A DNA stretch of 63,798 nucleotides, filler included, from Octopus bimaculoides (Eukaryota): NCBI RefSeq assembly GCF_001194135.2. It is 5 parts of 5 records of this genome, joined end to end, with 100 filler letters (N's around TTAATTAATTAA, not from the genome) between each part and the next. Parts side by side here need not be neighbours in the genome. Positions count along the whole stretch, not along the records: positions 23,287 to 53,212 come from NC_068981.1; 4 more parts are not named here. One strand, written 5' to 3'. Shown here in pieces: positions 24,240 through 37,320 of the stretch. Below the pieces are notes generated by a model. It was not told the origin of the DNA. It did no database searches and saw nothing but the letters and a program-made list of their open reading frames with translations. The translations under genes and the position numbers were made by a program. Within the stretch, counting starts at the first letter, position 1; every line of letters begins with the position of its first letter.

Positions 24240-24830
24240 TGACTCAGCTATATTTGTCTGCATAGGTTGACCCAGCCATATTTTTTACATAAATTGACCC
24301 AGCTATATATGTACATAGGTTGACCCAGCCGTATTTCTACGTAGATTGACCCAGCCGTATTTCTACGTAGATTGACCCAGCCGTATTTCTACGTAGATTG
24401 ACCCAGCTATATTTCTGTAGAGATTGATCCAGCTATATATCTGTATAGATTGACTCAGCAATATTTCTACACAGATTGGCCCCGCTATATATCTACATAG
24501 GTTGATCCAGCTATATTTCTACATAAACCGATCCAGCTATATTTCTGTAGAACGATCCAGATATATTTCAATGCAGTTTGACTGCACATAGATTGTCCCA
24601 GCTATACGAGGTGAGCTCAAAAAGTATCCGTGTGTACTATAGGCGTAACAGACGGGAACTGACGCGGCCCACTGGCGCGAAAACTTTCACGCATGCACAG
24701 GAAAATTGACCTCACCTCCCAACCAAAGGATTTTTCCCGCGCAGCATTAGTTTTGGCGGGAAAATATAGAATCGTATATTTTTGAACGTACCTTGTACAT
24801 ATCTACATAGATTCGCACAACCTCAAAGAA
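24240..24830. repeat. 26-bp minisatellite (acccagccgtatttctacgtagattg), about 14 units
   Basis: Near-perfect units at ~24320-24410 decaying outward; last unit split by a MITE. Confidence 0.9.
24605..24797. mobile_element. Mariner-type MITE (193 bp including TA ends)
   Basis: TIRs TACGAGGTGAGCTCAAAAAGT and ATATTTTTGAACGTACCTTGTA; TA at both ends; no coding capacity. Confidence 0.8.
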
Positions 24831-26169
24831 CGAAAGACAGGTTTGATGTTGGCTGGATTTGAAGTCGAAGTCTGGAGCAACAAAACCAAATATAACTTTA
24901 TGCTCTATCATTCTGATCCCTTTCTTCCTCCATTTACTTAGATATTATCTGAAAATCCTTTCTTCCAAATATGATTATATATCTAAAGGTATATATCTTT
25001 AATGTAGCCTTTAATATAGACAAGTTTGAGTACTTATATATCACTTAGAGGAACACAAAACTTCAAGTGCAGGAAACTATACAATCAATAACATAATCGT
25101 CATCGTCGTCGTCGTCGTCATCCCCCCTCCTCTTCCTCCTCCTTCTCATCATCATTATCATCATTCCACATGGTTGAACAACTAATCCCAACCAATTGGG
25201 ATTAATAATACGTGAAATTCCGTCGACTTCGGCGGAATTTGAACTCAGAACGTAAAGACGCTCGCCGCCTTATTGTAGTTATTATTATTGTTGTTGCTGT
25301 GTTTGATGAACGGACATGTCTAACACGGNNNNNNNNNNNNNNNNNNNNNNNNNNNNNNNNNNNNNNNNNNNNNNNNNNNNNNNNNNNNNNNNNNNNNNNN
25401 NNNNNNNNNNNNNNNNNNNNNNNNNNNNNNNNNNNNNNNNNNNNNNNNNNNNNNNNNNNNNNNNNNNNNNNNNNNNNNNNNNNNNNNNNNNNNNNNNNNN
25501 NNNNNNNNNNNNNNNNNNNNNNNNNNNNNNNNNNNNNNNNNNNNNNNNNNNNNNNNNNNNNNNNNNNNNNNNNNNNNNNNNNNNNNNNNNNNNNNNNNNN
25601 NNNNNNNNNNNNNNNNNNNNNNNNNNNNNNNNNNNNNNNNNNNNNNNNNNNNNNNNNNNNNNNNNNNNNNNNNNNNNNNNNNNNNNNNNNNNNNNNNNNN
25701 NNNNNNNNNNNNNNNNNNNNNNNNNNNNNNNNNNNNNNNNNNNNNNNNNNNNAAAAAAAAACAAAACAAAACAAAGGCTATAATTGTAATTATTTGTTTG
25801 CGACCGTTGTTACCCAGAAAGAAATTGATAATGAAGTCAGCTTCCAAAATAATGATAATAATAAAAAAGGTAAGTTACACAAAACCATGCCTCCTGGCCT
25901 GACGATTTTATCAAAGACAAATCAGAGACGAAAGAGACACACTTGCATCCTGAAAAAGTAGAGAAGGTTTCATTATGTTTTAGAAGGAGTAGTTAGAGAA
26001 CTCCCTGGCTGATAGACAGCAAGAATTATGTTCAGCACAGGGCAGATGGAAGTGTGTGTTTTGTATTTAAAATTAAGTTGAGATAAGAGAACAAACAGGT
26101 GGAGCTGGTCGTGTAATATAGATGAAACTCAAAAATCATAACGAAGGGAATTTATAAAAATTCTCATAT

Positions 26170-26625
26170 AAGTGCAGGCGTGGATTTATAGGTGGTAAGA
26201 AGCTTGCTTCTCAACCACATGGTCTTGGGTTTGGTCCCACCTCGTTGAACCTTGGGTAAATGTCTTCTACTATAGCCCCAGGCCGACCAAAACGTTGTGA
26301 GAGGATTTGGTGGACGGAAACTGAAAGAAGCCCGTCGCATGTATGTGTGCATGTATGTATGTATGTATGTATGTATGTATGTATGTATGTATGTATGTAT
26401 GTATGTGTGTGTCTTTGGGTCTGTCCTCCATCACCACTCGACAACTGGTGTTAGTGTGTTCACCTCTCCATAACTTAGCGGTTCGACATAAGAGACCGCT
26501 AGCACAAGTACTAGGCTTTCAAAATTAAATCTTGGGGTTGATTTGTTTGACTAAAACCCTTCCAAGCAGTGCCCCAGCATGGCCGCAGCCAAAAAGAAAA
26601 TAGCTGAAACAAACCAAAGATAAAA
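26170..26625 (+). mobile_element. SINE family B, full length, with internal (TATG)n
   Basis: tRNA-like head, CORE-like ccttgggtaaatgtcttc segment, microsatellite, 3' gccccagcatggccgcag tail. Confidence 0.85.
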
Positions 26626-27128
26626 GTTCCATGGCTATTTGCCACGTTTGGACAAAATGCGAGTAGCTGGAGAGCGCAAAAATTAAGAAGTAACAAGTAG
26701 CCACAGGGTCTGTAGAGACTGGCAGGTTATATTCTAGTGACTACTGAATACTATGCGGATTATCTGTATAATGTGGGACTATCTGTATAATGTGGATGTA
26801 GGGGTGTTTCTCCCGGATTACTCTAGGCGACTATCTTCAGTTTTTATTGAATTCGTCAAATTTTTATTCGATCTCAGAGACCACCATGGTGTTGGTTTTC
26901 GTCCTTATATTGATTTCTGACTGGTCTTGGGTTTCGGCCTAATCTAAGCATGCGCCTGCCAATTGGGAAATGACAGCTAAAAGACGGAACTTGCCCATGA
27001 TTGCCAGAATAAGCGAGGGTCTTTGAGATTCCTCGATTCACTCTAAGTAGCTGCCTTTCCTGTTTAGGAGTTTTTGGCTATCTCTTGTTTTTGTTGTTTT
27101 CCTTTGTAACTTCTCTTCAGCTGTTTTT

Positions 27129-27280
27129 ATTCAGAATTCAAATTCCGCTGAGGTCGATTTTTGTCTTTCATCCTTTCGGGGTCGATTAAATAAGTACCAG
27201 TTACGCACTGGCGTCGATGTAATCGACTTAATCTCTTTCCCTAAATTCGAGGCCTTGTGCTTCCAGTAAAACGAGTATAT
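27129..27280 (+). mobile_element. SINE family A, 5' truncated, ending in (TAT)n
   Basis: B box plus body plus ggccttgtgc tail. Confidence 0.75.
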
Positions 27281-27309
27281 TATTATTATTATTATCATTA
27301 TTATTATTA

Positions 27310-27371
<62 letters not shown>

Positions 27372-27373
27372 GT

Positions 27374-27407
<34 letters not shown>

Positions 27408-27638
27408 GCTGCTGTTGCCCTCCCCGATATGGCAACACCCACCATCTCCAAAACCACCACCACCACAACCATCACCATCATCATCAACATCATCATCATC
27501 TTCATTAACATCATCATTATTATCAACCGTGTTGTGTTATTGTCATTGTTGTTAGTGTTGTTAGTACCGCCAAAGTAGTATCTCTTAACGTTGTCAGGAG
27601 CGTGTAATTGGCTGACTAAAAAAGAAAAGGAGCAAGAG

Positions 27639-27691
<53 letters not shown>

Positions 27692-27692
27692 T

Positions 27693-27749
<57 letters not shown>

Positions 27750-28067
27750 GTGAGTGAAATTGAAAGAACGAGAAAGAAAGAGAATAAACGGGAGCGATCT
27801 GGTATCATAACAACCGCAATAATTGGAAACGAAATGTTACCCTGGATACTATGGAAGGGTTGAAGAGATCATAAATTGTATTTCACACTGGAAACGATTC
27901 AGTTTACAAACTTCTGATAGCTTTAACGACTCTATAATGAGAACTGAAGACAGTTCTGCTGTGTGATGAAAAATTAATTAGTGCAAACAGCAAGAAGTCT
28001 CTGAAGATACAAATTGAAACAGCAGCAGCAGCAGCAACGACAAAGAAAGCAACAACAAAAACAACAA

Positions 28068-28445
28068 TGGTTTCAAATATTGGTACAAGGCCAACAGGTT
28101 CGGGGGCAGAGGCTAAGTCGATTACATCGACCCAAGCGTCCAACTGGCACTTATTTTATCAACCCCGAACAAATGAAAGGAAAAGTCGACCTTTTTCTGA
28201 ATTTGAACTCAGAATGTAGAGACGGACGAAACGTCGTTAAGCATTTCACCCGGTGTGCTAATGATTCGGCCAGCTTTCCACAATGAGCGCAAAGCCCGAA
28301 ATTTTGGGGCAGCTGCCAGTGCTTAATTGGTATTTATTTTATCGACCCCGAAAGGATGAAAGTAAAAGTCGACCTAGGGGGAATTTGAACTCAGAACGTG
28401 CAGACGAACACAATACCGCAAAGCATTTGTCCGACACAGTGATGA
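28068..28445 (-). mobile_element. Two adjacent SINE family A copies
   Basis: Two gaatttgaactcagaa motifs (near 28200 and 28381), each with body sequence. Confidence 0.75.
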
Positions 28446-28529
28446 TTCAATTCTGAATTAGTCTTAATTCTGAATCAGTCTGAGGACAAAGTAAGAGAAA
28501 GAGGAAAAATCAACAAAGATGTTTTTTTT

Positions 28530-28915
28530 TTTTGCTGGCACTCCGTCGCTTACGACGTCGAGGGTTCCAGTTGATCCGATCAACGGAACAGCCTGCTCGT
28601 GAAATTAACGTGCAAGTGGCTGAGAACTCCACAGACACGTGTACCCTTAACGTGGTTCTCGGGGATATTCAGCGTGACACAGTGTGACAAGGCCGACCCT
28701 TTTGAATTACAGGCACAACATAAACAGGAAGAAAGAGTGAGAGAAAGTTGTGGCGAAAGAGTACAGCAGGGTTCACCACCATCCCCTACCGGAACCTCGT
28801 GGAGCTTTAGGTGTTTTCGCTCATTAAACACTCACAACGCCCGGTCTGGGAATAGAAATCGCGATCCTATGACCGCGAGTCCGCTGCCCTAACCACTGGG
28901 GCATTGCGCCTCCAC
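28530..28915 (-). mobile_element. Full-length tRNA-headed SINE (family D)
   Basis: Head gtggaggcgcaatgccccagtggttagggcagcggactcgcgg; 3' tail shared with the copy at 38262-38522; A-rich end. Confidence 0.85.
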
Positions 28916-29046
28916 GTATATACGTATATATACACATATATACATACATATGTATACATATATATATCTATATATAGGAATACATATGCACGGAAACACA
29001 TATATGCACGCACACATATACACAGAAGCACATGCATTTATATATG

Positions 29047-29078
<32 letters not shown>

Positions 29079-29092
29079 TGTATGTATGTATG

Positions 29093-29139
<47 letters not shown>

Positions 29140-30309
29140 GCATACATACACACACATATATGAACATGCATACGCGCACATATGCTTGTGTGAGCATACA
29201 TGTCTAAAAGTACATTAAACATGAACCCAATGTGTTATCCATAACGTCACTGGTTAGAGGTTATTATCATTATATTACATACTTAGGAATTCATAATGAA
29301 GATATGACGACGAGGAATCTTGTATTTATTTACATTATCCAAATAGCTTTAGTTTGCAACATTCTCGGAGGCGCCTCACTGTATTTGTTGATAAGATCTG
29401 TATGACGGTGGTCTTATGAGGGAGCTTTGTCAGTAACCATCCATGCGTCACCGTTTGTTGTTCCATAGGCAGCGGCACCAACTTTCGATAACATATTTCC
29501 TGTACATTGTTATAGAAGTTTTCGGTCGACATTAACTGGGACTTCAAATAAGAAATTTCTTCTCCGCAAAATCTTGTTCTTACATAAACTGTAGATGTCT
29601 GAATGGATGCTTGTGTGACAGACAAAACATGAAGACAGGATTCCTCAATGTCTATAATATATTTTACTATGTCTACAATACATTTGACTTGGTGGCTGAG
29701 TCAGCTGAAAGTTTGCGTTATAATATTGACATGTCTCTGCAAATGGCCAGTGGCATATGTCATACTAGTCAAAACTGGATTTGTATTCTGTTACGTCGTA
29801 AGCCAGTTTTGTTATTTTCCCTGAAGTGGTTCAAAAGGTAATGAATTCGATCTAAAATGTGATAATTTAAAGGTCCTTTCCTTCCGTTTGCATATGGTTC
29901 CTTTCTAATGAATTACAAATGATTATCGTTTACGTTTTTAGTGCGACTAACAACTAAATGTTATCAATAAACTGAAAGATAGCTATTAATGCCCTCATAT
30001 ATATTTTATATCTGTTATATACTGACAATCGTTCCGAGATCACTCCCTCATCTGTGTATATTTGTAGAATTTAACGTCAAAATTCAATTCATATCGTTTC
30101 CTTTTCTTTTGAAATTTTTAAGTGAATACATAATACTTGATGCCCGGAAGATATAACGATTGAATCGAAACAAAGAGAAACACGATTATTCTTGCTCTAA
30201 ATTCCTATTATTCATATGATATGATATAATATAAAGTTGTGTTTCATTAATGAGTGCTAAGTTGTAGCTTCTGCTGGAGACATTAATTATTATTTCCTTT
30301 TTTGTTAAA

Positions 30310-30527
30310 GTGGCGAGCTGGCAGAATCGATACCGCGTCGGACAAAATGCTCAGCGGCATTTCTTCCGGCTCTTTGGTTCTGAGTTTAAGTTACGACCAG
30401 GTCGACTTTGTCTTTTATCCTATCGGAACCAATAAAATAAGTACCAGTTGAGCATTGGAGTCGATGTAATCAACTAGAAATCCCCCTACAATTTTCAGGC
30501 CTTGTACCTCTAGTATAAAGGATTATT
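30310..30527 (+). mobile_element. SINE family A
   Basis: gtggcgagctggcagaatcg head to caggccttgtacctctag tail. Confidence 0.8.
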
Positions 30528-31448
30528 TCTTTCAGGGATATGTTTTTATTTATTGCTTTTAGTTTAGATTTGTCCTTTCAATTGGCGAAACTTAATTCAC
30601 AATTGAAATTTTATACGGGTTCTGCTAATAATCAGCAAATTATACAGTGAACTGTACATCAATGATAATCCGTAAGTTATATTTCCAAATAACACATCAT
30701 GAATAAAGTCTTGCTGCAAATTAGTTTGAATTTCTTAAGAATAAAATCCACATTTGCACTTAAACATGCTTTGATTTGAATGAAGCTTTGCACAAGAATA
30801 GTTTACTAGCTTTTTCTGTAGACATAATACATCTGACATAAGTATTTAATCGTTAAAATTATAACTGGTTAGAAATGATGTTACAAAGAAGGAAACAAAT
30901 ATTAAGGGACACTCTAAAGGATCGATGTTAAAGATTCAGTCTATGAGGCTTATGTAATCACACAGAGGAAGATTTTATATTGAGGAAATTTGAACTTATT
31001 ACCTATACGACTACGTACTTGATCTGTTACGTACTTGATCTGTTACGTACTTTAGAAACATAATTTTGGATTATTATTGATGCACAGTTAATGTCTAATT
31101 TGCTGATCATTAAGGAAATGCATATAAAATTTCAATAGTCAATTAAATTTTGCTGACGGAAAGGAAAAATCTAAACAGTAAACTTAAGTGTACACAAATT
31201 AGAGAATGAAATAATAATTACTATCTCCTTGAGAAGCTACAACGCATATGAGTGCACACGGAGACACACGTGCACACACACACAGACACACACACGTATG
31301 CGTAAACGCACATGTAAGTATACATGTTTCCTTCGTTTCATCTCTGCCTCATTAGCACGGGAACTATAGGATGAAACCTCGTCTTAAGGAATAGGAGGAA
31401 AAATAAGACGACAGCAATAATGTTGCTGACGATGAAATTGATGACAAA

Positions 31449-31510
<62 letters not shown>

Positions 31511-31514
<4 letters not shown>

Positions 31515-31945
31515 ACGTATCTGTCAAGACCTACCAAAAACTGAGCAAATATAAAGATCTTGAAATAGAAATTAGCAAAATGTGGAATCTGAAGACGAAA
31601 ACATTACCTATTGTCATAGGTGCCCTGGGAATGACAGCGAAACGGGCTGATTACTACCTAGATCAGATTCCAGGAAACCCCAAAATGGCTGAAGTTCAAA
31701 AGATAGTGCTCATGGGAACTGCCCATATCCTACGTAAAATACTGTCTATGTGATCTCAAATTTTAAAGCAAACACATAACTTTCTTATGGTTTCTTAAAC
31801 ATTCACTTGAACAAAACTGTACAAATCCAAATATATGGTACTCTAGGCATAACACCTACATGAACTTCTAACTTGTTGTCTCTTGAGGTCTCTGGGTGAG
31901 ACTTGGATCCAACTTGTACAAATGCAAAACAAAAGTCAAACATAA
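31511..31945 (+). mobile_element. R4/Dong-type non-LTR retrotransposon 3' end
   Basis: KLSKYKDLEIEISKMWNLKTKTLPIVIGALG...VQKIVLMGTAHILRKILSM* (RLE C-terminus) plus 3' UTR; (TAA)n on both sides. Confidence 0.9.
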
Positions 31946-32000
31946 AATAATAATAATAATGATAATAATAATAATAATAATGATAATAATAATAATAATA

Positions 32001-32543
32001 AATGCCCTGATGCAGTACCAGGTAGTGGCTCTCATGGTTGATTGGAAGTGATATCATGTATATTGTTTTGCCTTGGTATAAAAGATGGACTACAGCAAAT
32101 ATTCTGCTCAATACCACAGATTTGCTTGTCAGTTGTTTGACCTTAATCAGTTGAGCATGTTCTTTGGTGGCTGACGATATGTGCATCTCTGATTACGAGC
32201 AGAAGTAGTGGGGTAGTGTAATAATCATGTGTTGAGAGGAATTCTTTGGGGTCTAAATAATTCACCTCTGGAAACATGGGTGTTTCGTAAGACATCATTA
32301 AACAACCCTTATTCAGGGACCTATTGAGTGGGATGGGCTTCTCGACCTGAAGAAAATTCTAACTGGGCCCCACCTGTAAGGTCATGCGCTGTTTATCTTG
32401 ATATGAGATTACCATGTCGCGCACATATGATTGTGATGCATGTGCCTGGCGTACCCTTATCAGACGGGTAGTCATGATGGGTATAATGGGCTTCGTATAT
32501 TTTACCTGTGTCACTTTGATGGCATGCACTGCTCTCTCACTCA
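32001..32543 (+). mobile_element. ~540-bp non-coding element in a TAA array, copy 1
   Basis: aatgccctgatgcagtaccagg...gctctctcactcaa(caa/taa)n; collinear with 34548-35078. Confidence 0.8.
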
Positions 32544-32565
32544 ACAACAACAATGATGATAATAA

Positions 32566-32765
32566 TAATCTTTTCTACTAAATGCACAAGTCCTGAAATT
32601 TGGTGGGAGGGGACTAGTCGATTACATTGACCCCAGTGCTCAACTGGTATTTACTTTATCGACCCCGAAAGAATGAAAGGCAAAGTCCAGTCCAGAGCGT
32701 AAAGACACGAATTGCCGCTAAAGCATTTCACTCGGCGTGCTAACGATTTTGTCAGTTCTCTGCTT
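32566..32765 (-). mobile_element. SINE family A
   Basis: Reverse-complement body and tail. Confidence 0.75.
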
Positions 32766-33729
32766 TAACAACAACAACAACAAGCATTTTCCTCCCAAAC
32801 GTTTTAGTTCTCCAGATTGGCCAGAAGCTTTTTTCTATTTGTGTTCGCCGATTCCATTTTCTGGCTTTTTATTCCAACCGTTTTATAAGTTACAGATTTC
32901 AGGCTGGCTTCTTGTCGGACAAACTCTAGAGTACGAAATCCTACTTTCGGCTACACCTTGTCAGGAGGTTTTTAACGTATTTTAATTCCTGTGACATTCG
33001 TCCTGTCGCACAGCGTTTGCGTAACCGGTAACTTTGGATTTGTTAATTGTTATTTTTATTTTTTTTATTTGTGCTGCTGTTAATAGTAATGGTGGAAATT
33101 ATAAGAATGGTTGATCAGTCGTTATTGGTTCTGGTCGATTGTGAGATAAATTAGAACAAGAAAAATCAACAAAAACTAAAGAGAGGTAAGACACAAACTC
33201 ACGGAGGTTTCAAAACACATCCAGCTTCGCCAATAAAGAAAAAGAACAAGAAGAATACAACAGTACTTTTCTGTGAATCGAATGCAGAATTATAGAAAGC
33301 GAAAAAGGTAAAAAAATGAAACGTTTCGAACTTTGGTATTCTTCCTGTTTTAGAAGAAAGAAAGGCAAGCTGGCAACTATTTAGAACTTCTGCGAACTAT
33401 TACCTTCTGTGCGTTTGTATGAACGAGTATTTACCGGCGTTTAACTGACATACACGGATACAAACGAATGCATTCATTCATAAGAAAGAAAGCATCTGTG
33501 TAGGGCTTTCTAGGCAGGTATTCTGCTCTGTTTTAGAAGCAGCTGCATAAACAATGAAATCATGAAAGCACGATAAAAACATCCGAATGAATTTAATTCA
33601 TTTGGTTTCTGACTAAAGATTCAAGACTTCAGTTATAACACTCTACGATGGAATTTGGAACATGTCCAAATCTCGAATATCTAAAAGTATGACTGCACTC
33701 GTAGACACCTATACAGCGACATATTACAC

Positions 33730-34050
33730 ACTTTTATAACAGCTCTTTTACTTGTTTCAGTCACTGGAGTGTGGCCATACTGGAGCACCTATTGAAGAGT
33801 TTAGTCGGACAAATCGGCTCCTGTACTTATATCAGTCCCTTTTGCCGGACCGTTATGTTAGGAGGATGACAAGCGGTATAGAGACAAACACAAAGACATG
33901 CGAGCTCTCACATACATACACAGGACACAGTTTTCAGCAATAAAATTCACTGACAAGGCATTGGTCGACCCAGGCCAACAATAAAAGACCATTTTCCAAG
34001 GTGTGCGTAATGGGCGTGAACCCTACCTAAAATCACGTGGTTGGGATATA
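33730..34050 (-). mobile_element. SINE family B, degenerate
   Basis: cttgtttcagtca.tg.agtgtggccatactggagcacc tail and aaattcactgacaaggcattggtcgacc body. Confidence 0.7.
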
Positions 34051-34149
34051 CCAGCAGATAGTTCTTACACCATTTTGCATATAGTCATAGACAGCAAAAC
34101 ACATACCTTGTGAATGTGTATTCGATATTGTTTATACCCCTCGAGCTGC

Positions 34150-34482
34150 TTCTAATTCATATTTGAGGGTTTTCCGTGGTCATCCCAGTAGTTGTAGGGG
34201 CACTCGGAGCTTTAACAACGAAGTTCGAGAAATATGTTGGAGAAATTGGGTTTGGCATAAGGATAGAGCACGCTAAAAAAAAACTGATCTATTAGGGACA
34301 GTGAGGAATTTGAGATTGGTACTTGGTTGTTGAGTATCATCCACAATATTTAAAATCTAGGTACCAAGTCTGATAATTCGTGGAAAGAGAACCCGAGAGA
34401 CCTTGTGAAACCTTTGACATGTTGCCGTCCGCTCTCACAGAATTAACCGGAGCAAGCAAGATCGAGAGCTCCGACAAGTAAA

Positions 34483-34485
<3 letters not shown>
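34150..34485 (+). mobile_element. R4/Dong-type 3' end, second family
   Basis: VVIPVVVGALGALTTKFEKYVGEIG...LLGTVRNLRLVLGC*; ends in (TAA)n. Confidence 0.85.
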
Positions 34486-34547
<62 letters not shown>

Positions 34548-34550
<3 letters not shown>

Positions 34551-35078
34551 GCCCTGATACAATACCAGGCACTGGCTTTGAAAGTGTTATGTACATGTTT
34601 TGTCTTGGTATAAAAGATGGGCTACAGCAAATATTCTGCTCAATACCACAGATTTGCTTGTCAGTTGTTTGACCTTAATCAGTTGAGCATGTCCCTTGGT
34701 GGCCGACGATATGTGCGTCTCTGATCATGAGCAGAAGTAGTGGGGGAGCATCATAACCATGTGTTGAAAGGAATTCTTTGGGGTTTGAATAATTCAATAA
34801 TTCACTTTTGGGAACATGAGCGTTCTGTTAAACTCCTTAAAAACCGTTATCCAGGGACTTTTTGAGTGGGATAGGCTACTTGACCTGAAGAAAAAAATCT
34901 AACTGGGCCTCACCTGCAAGGTCATGAGCTGTTTATCTTGCGCACATATGGTTGTGATACATGTGCCTGGTGTACCCTTAACAGACGGGTAGTCATAATG
35001 GATGTACTGGGCTTTGTATATTTGTATCCCAGTGTTACTTTGATGGCATGCTCTGCTCTGTCACTCAATAATAATAAT
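34548..35078 (+). mobile_element. ~540-bp non-coding element in a TAA array, copy 2
   Basis: Collinear with 32001-32543; (TAA)n on both sides. Confidence 0.8.
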
Positions 35079-35119
35079 CGATAGAATTACCAATGTTATA
35101 ATTAAGCTTTGTAATTTAC

Positions 35120-35301
35120 CTGCATCGGAGATCCGTCAATGGAAGCTGATTCATAAGTCTGACCGAATTTGAACTTGAATGTTCTTCCCTTGGGTACTCC
35201 TACAATACCAACATTGATTTCCCAGGTATCATCACTCAGTTTTTTGTATTCAATCTCTGTACGGGCTGCTCTATACCACTCCTTCTTCTCGGCGGGCAGT
35301 C
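35120..35301 (-). CDS. Internal coding exon of a fatty-acid-binding-protein (FABP/calycin) family gene, probably exon 2
   Basis: Acceptor ttatttctctactacacag|, donor atgcag|gtaaat; 182 bp, phase 1 to phase 0, open: (G)LPAEKKEWYRAARTEIEYKKLSDDTWEINVGIVGVPKGRTFKFKFGQTYESASIDGSPMQ. DDTW, FKFG and DG motifs, length and phases match the conserved FABP exon 2. Confidence 0.75.
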
Positions 35302-36959
35302 CTGTGTAGTAGAGAAATAATTAAAAATGTAATATGTTAAAAAGATATAGCTAAAAGGAGTGAAAAAACAAACAAAATAAAACAATATTAAGAATATCAT
35401 AAGTTTGCATGCGTTATTCGAAACAGGTCGTTTATCTAAAGACAGTAATTTAGAGAGCCATGGCAACGCAGTTGGGAGGAGTTCTGTTGTAAAGAAGAAC
35501 TAATATAAAGATTGGACTTCAACGCTAAAATGTTTAACAATCTTATAATTCTTTCAGAAATAATCCCTATCAAAATGTAAAGGGAACAAGAGGATTTCTA
35601 GCTTCGTTGCTGTGACAAGATTACAGCAATCACATTTGTAAAAAGGATATTTCAACCACCCCACCACACATGTATGTATGTATGTATGTATGTATGTATG
35701 TATGTATGTATGTATGTATGTATGTATGTATGTATCAATGTATGTGTATGTGTGTATGTGCATGTATGTATGTAAGTCTGTATGTATGCAAATGGTTCCC
35801 CCACAAAAACAATTGCCAATGCTATTGTGTGATATACATTGCATAACATGCATGATTAAATCTTCTTTATCATCCATGTATAATTGTTCACTTCATGTTG
35901 TTGAAACAATTGTAAACCATGGAATAATGTTATTCCACTCTTTACTTATACATACATACATACATACCTACATGTATATAATACAATATTATATAGTATA
36001 ATTATATTGCATTATATATATAATATAATATTCATGCCTAATCTTTCCCCTCATTGCATTAACACAAGGCGCTAATTCGCCGTTTTCATATATTCCGCAA
36101 ATTCTTCCTGCAAACTACAACACGCTTTGATAATTTATCAATCTAATAATATAGGAAATGGACGAGGAATTGTGTGTTTTGGAGAGACATGCGTTCGAAA
36201 ATTATCTCAGAATGAAATCAAATATTGAGACTTGCATCAAAAAATTTCATATACTCGAGGCAGATATCTTTGCAAATTATCTTAATCTATAGCGACAAAT
36301 ATAAAGGCGGCATTACGGGGACATTAGGTGTTCAGAAGAGTCGTGAATAAAAAAAAAATTTAAACCAGTTAGAGTACTTAAACTTTTTAAATACATTATA
36401 CAAATCTTTGCTGGGAATAACATATGAGCAGGGTATTGTGTTATCAGGGTATTGTGTTATCAGAATATGACTGATGATGCCCCAAGGACGAATGTAATTC
36501 ATCACATAACTCCTCGCCTTTAGTAATTTTCATAAAATTTCAACATGGAAGACACTAGTTTACGCAAATTATGAGATAGTACCAGAAAATATAGATAACA
36601 AACCAATGTGCAAAATCAGTTGTTTGATTAAATAATTTGATTTTATTTCGTCAAAACACGGAGAGTGGTATCCTTTATAAAACATCATTCGGTGAAAGTG
36701 GGCTGTGATCTAGAAAAGGTTCCGAGCCACTGTATTAAAGTATCAAAACAGATTATCTAACCTGAAAATTTGACTTCTCTAAGTATTTTACAGATAATCT
36801 TAGATTAGAAAATTTGGCCTTATCATTATAAGTTACTTAGTCTAATACTTTATATGTGCTGGATCCTTATAATGGTTTCTTTAAGCTTTACTGCTGATTA
36901 TTATCATTTCTAGTTGATGGTTTTAAGTCATTCATGAGCAAGAATTATTGTGTTGGAAA

Positions 36960-37320
36960 TTGATATAGTTTATTCGAAAATCTATGCTGTAAAGATCAAA
37001 GCTTCAGTTTCAAGCTTCATGGAAAGTTTCGTTAGCCACACCGTTGATTTTTGTTTTCTGGCCTACTCCATCCCCAAATCGCTTTTAACTTGACCAATAC
37101 ATTCTTTTGTTCGTCAGTCAACCTTTCTTTCCGCCAGTTTTAATCTTTTCTTCAACATCTGTGATCTGGGATGCGTTTACTCTTTCAATAAGCTATTCCA
37201 AATCGTTCTTTACATACCAAACAACACCATTCTCTTCTGCTTCTATGCACTTTTCACATTCAATCAGATATCCTCTTGCAGCTGTAGTTATATGTATGAA
37301 AGATCAGTCCCGTTTTCAGA
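36960..37320 (-). mobile_element. R4/Dong-type ORF relic (post-RT region)
   Basis: ARGYLIECEKCIEAEENGVVWYVK...KRMY...WLTKLSMKLETEALIFTA, with stops. Confidence 0.75.

Noticed and set aside
24240-24610. CRISPR-like periodicity
   Set aside because: Units are contiguous with no unique spacers, there are no cas genes, and the context is eukaryotic; it is a minisatellite.
26881-26943. Perfect Kozak (ccaccATGg) with a hydrophobic 18-aa ORF
   Set aside because: Stops after 18 codons with no splice donor; expected by chance.
28840-28915. Possible tRNA genes at SINE heads
   Set aside because: A and B box-like motifs continue into SINE bodies; I could not fold a complete cloverleaf.
29335-29841. Two ORFs (96 aa minus, 76 aa plus) and a good donor at 29837/29838
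   Set aside because: No recognisable motif in any frame and no consistent exon model; does not resemble FABP exon 3 or 4.
36075-36110. Minus-strand EEFAEYMKTA resembling FABP exon 1 (ENFDEYMKA)
   Set aside because: No start codon or G.W motif upstream, no GT donor at the expected phase, and an immediate stop.
36468-36505. CUGAUGA...GGAC-GAAU hammerhead-like string
   Set aside because: GAAA is broken and stems II and III do not pair convincingly.
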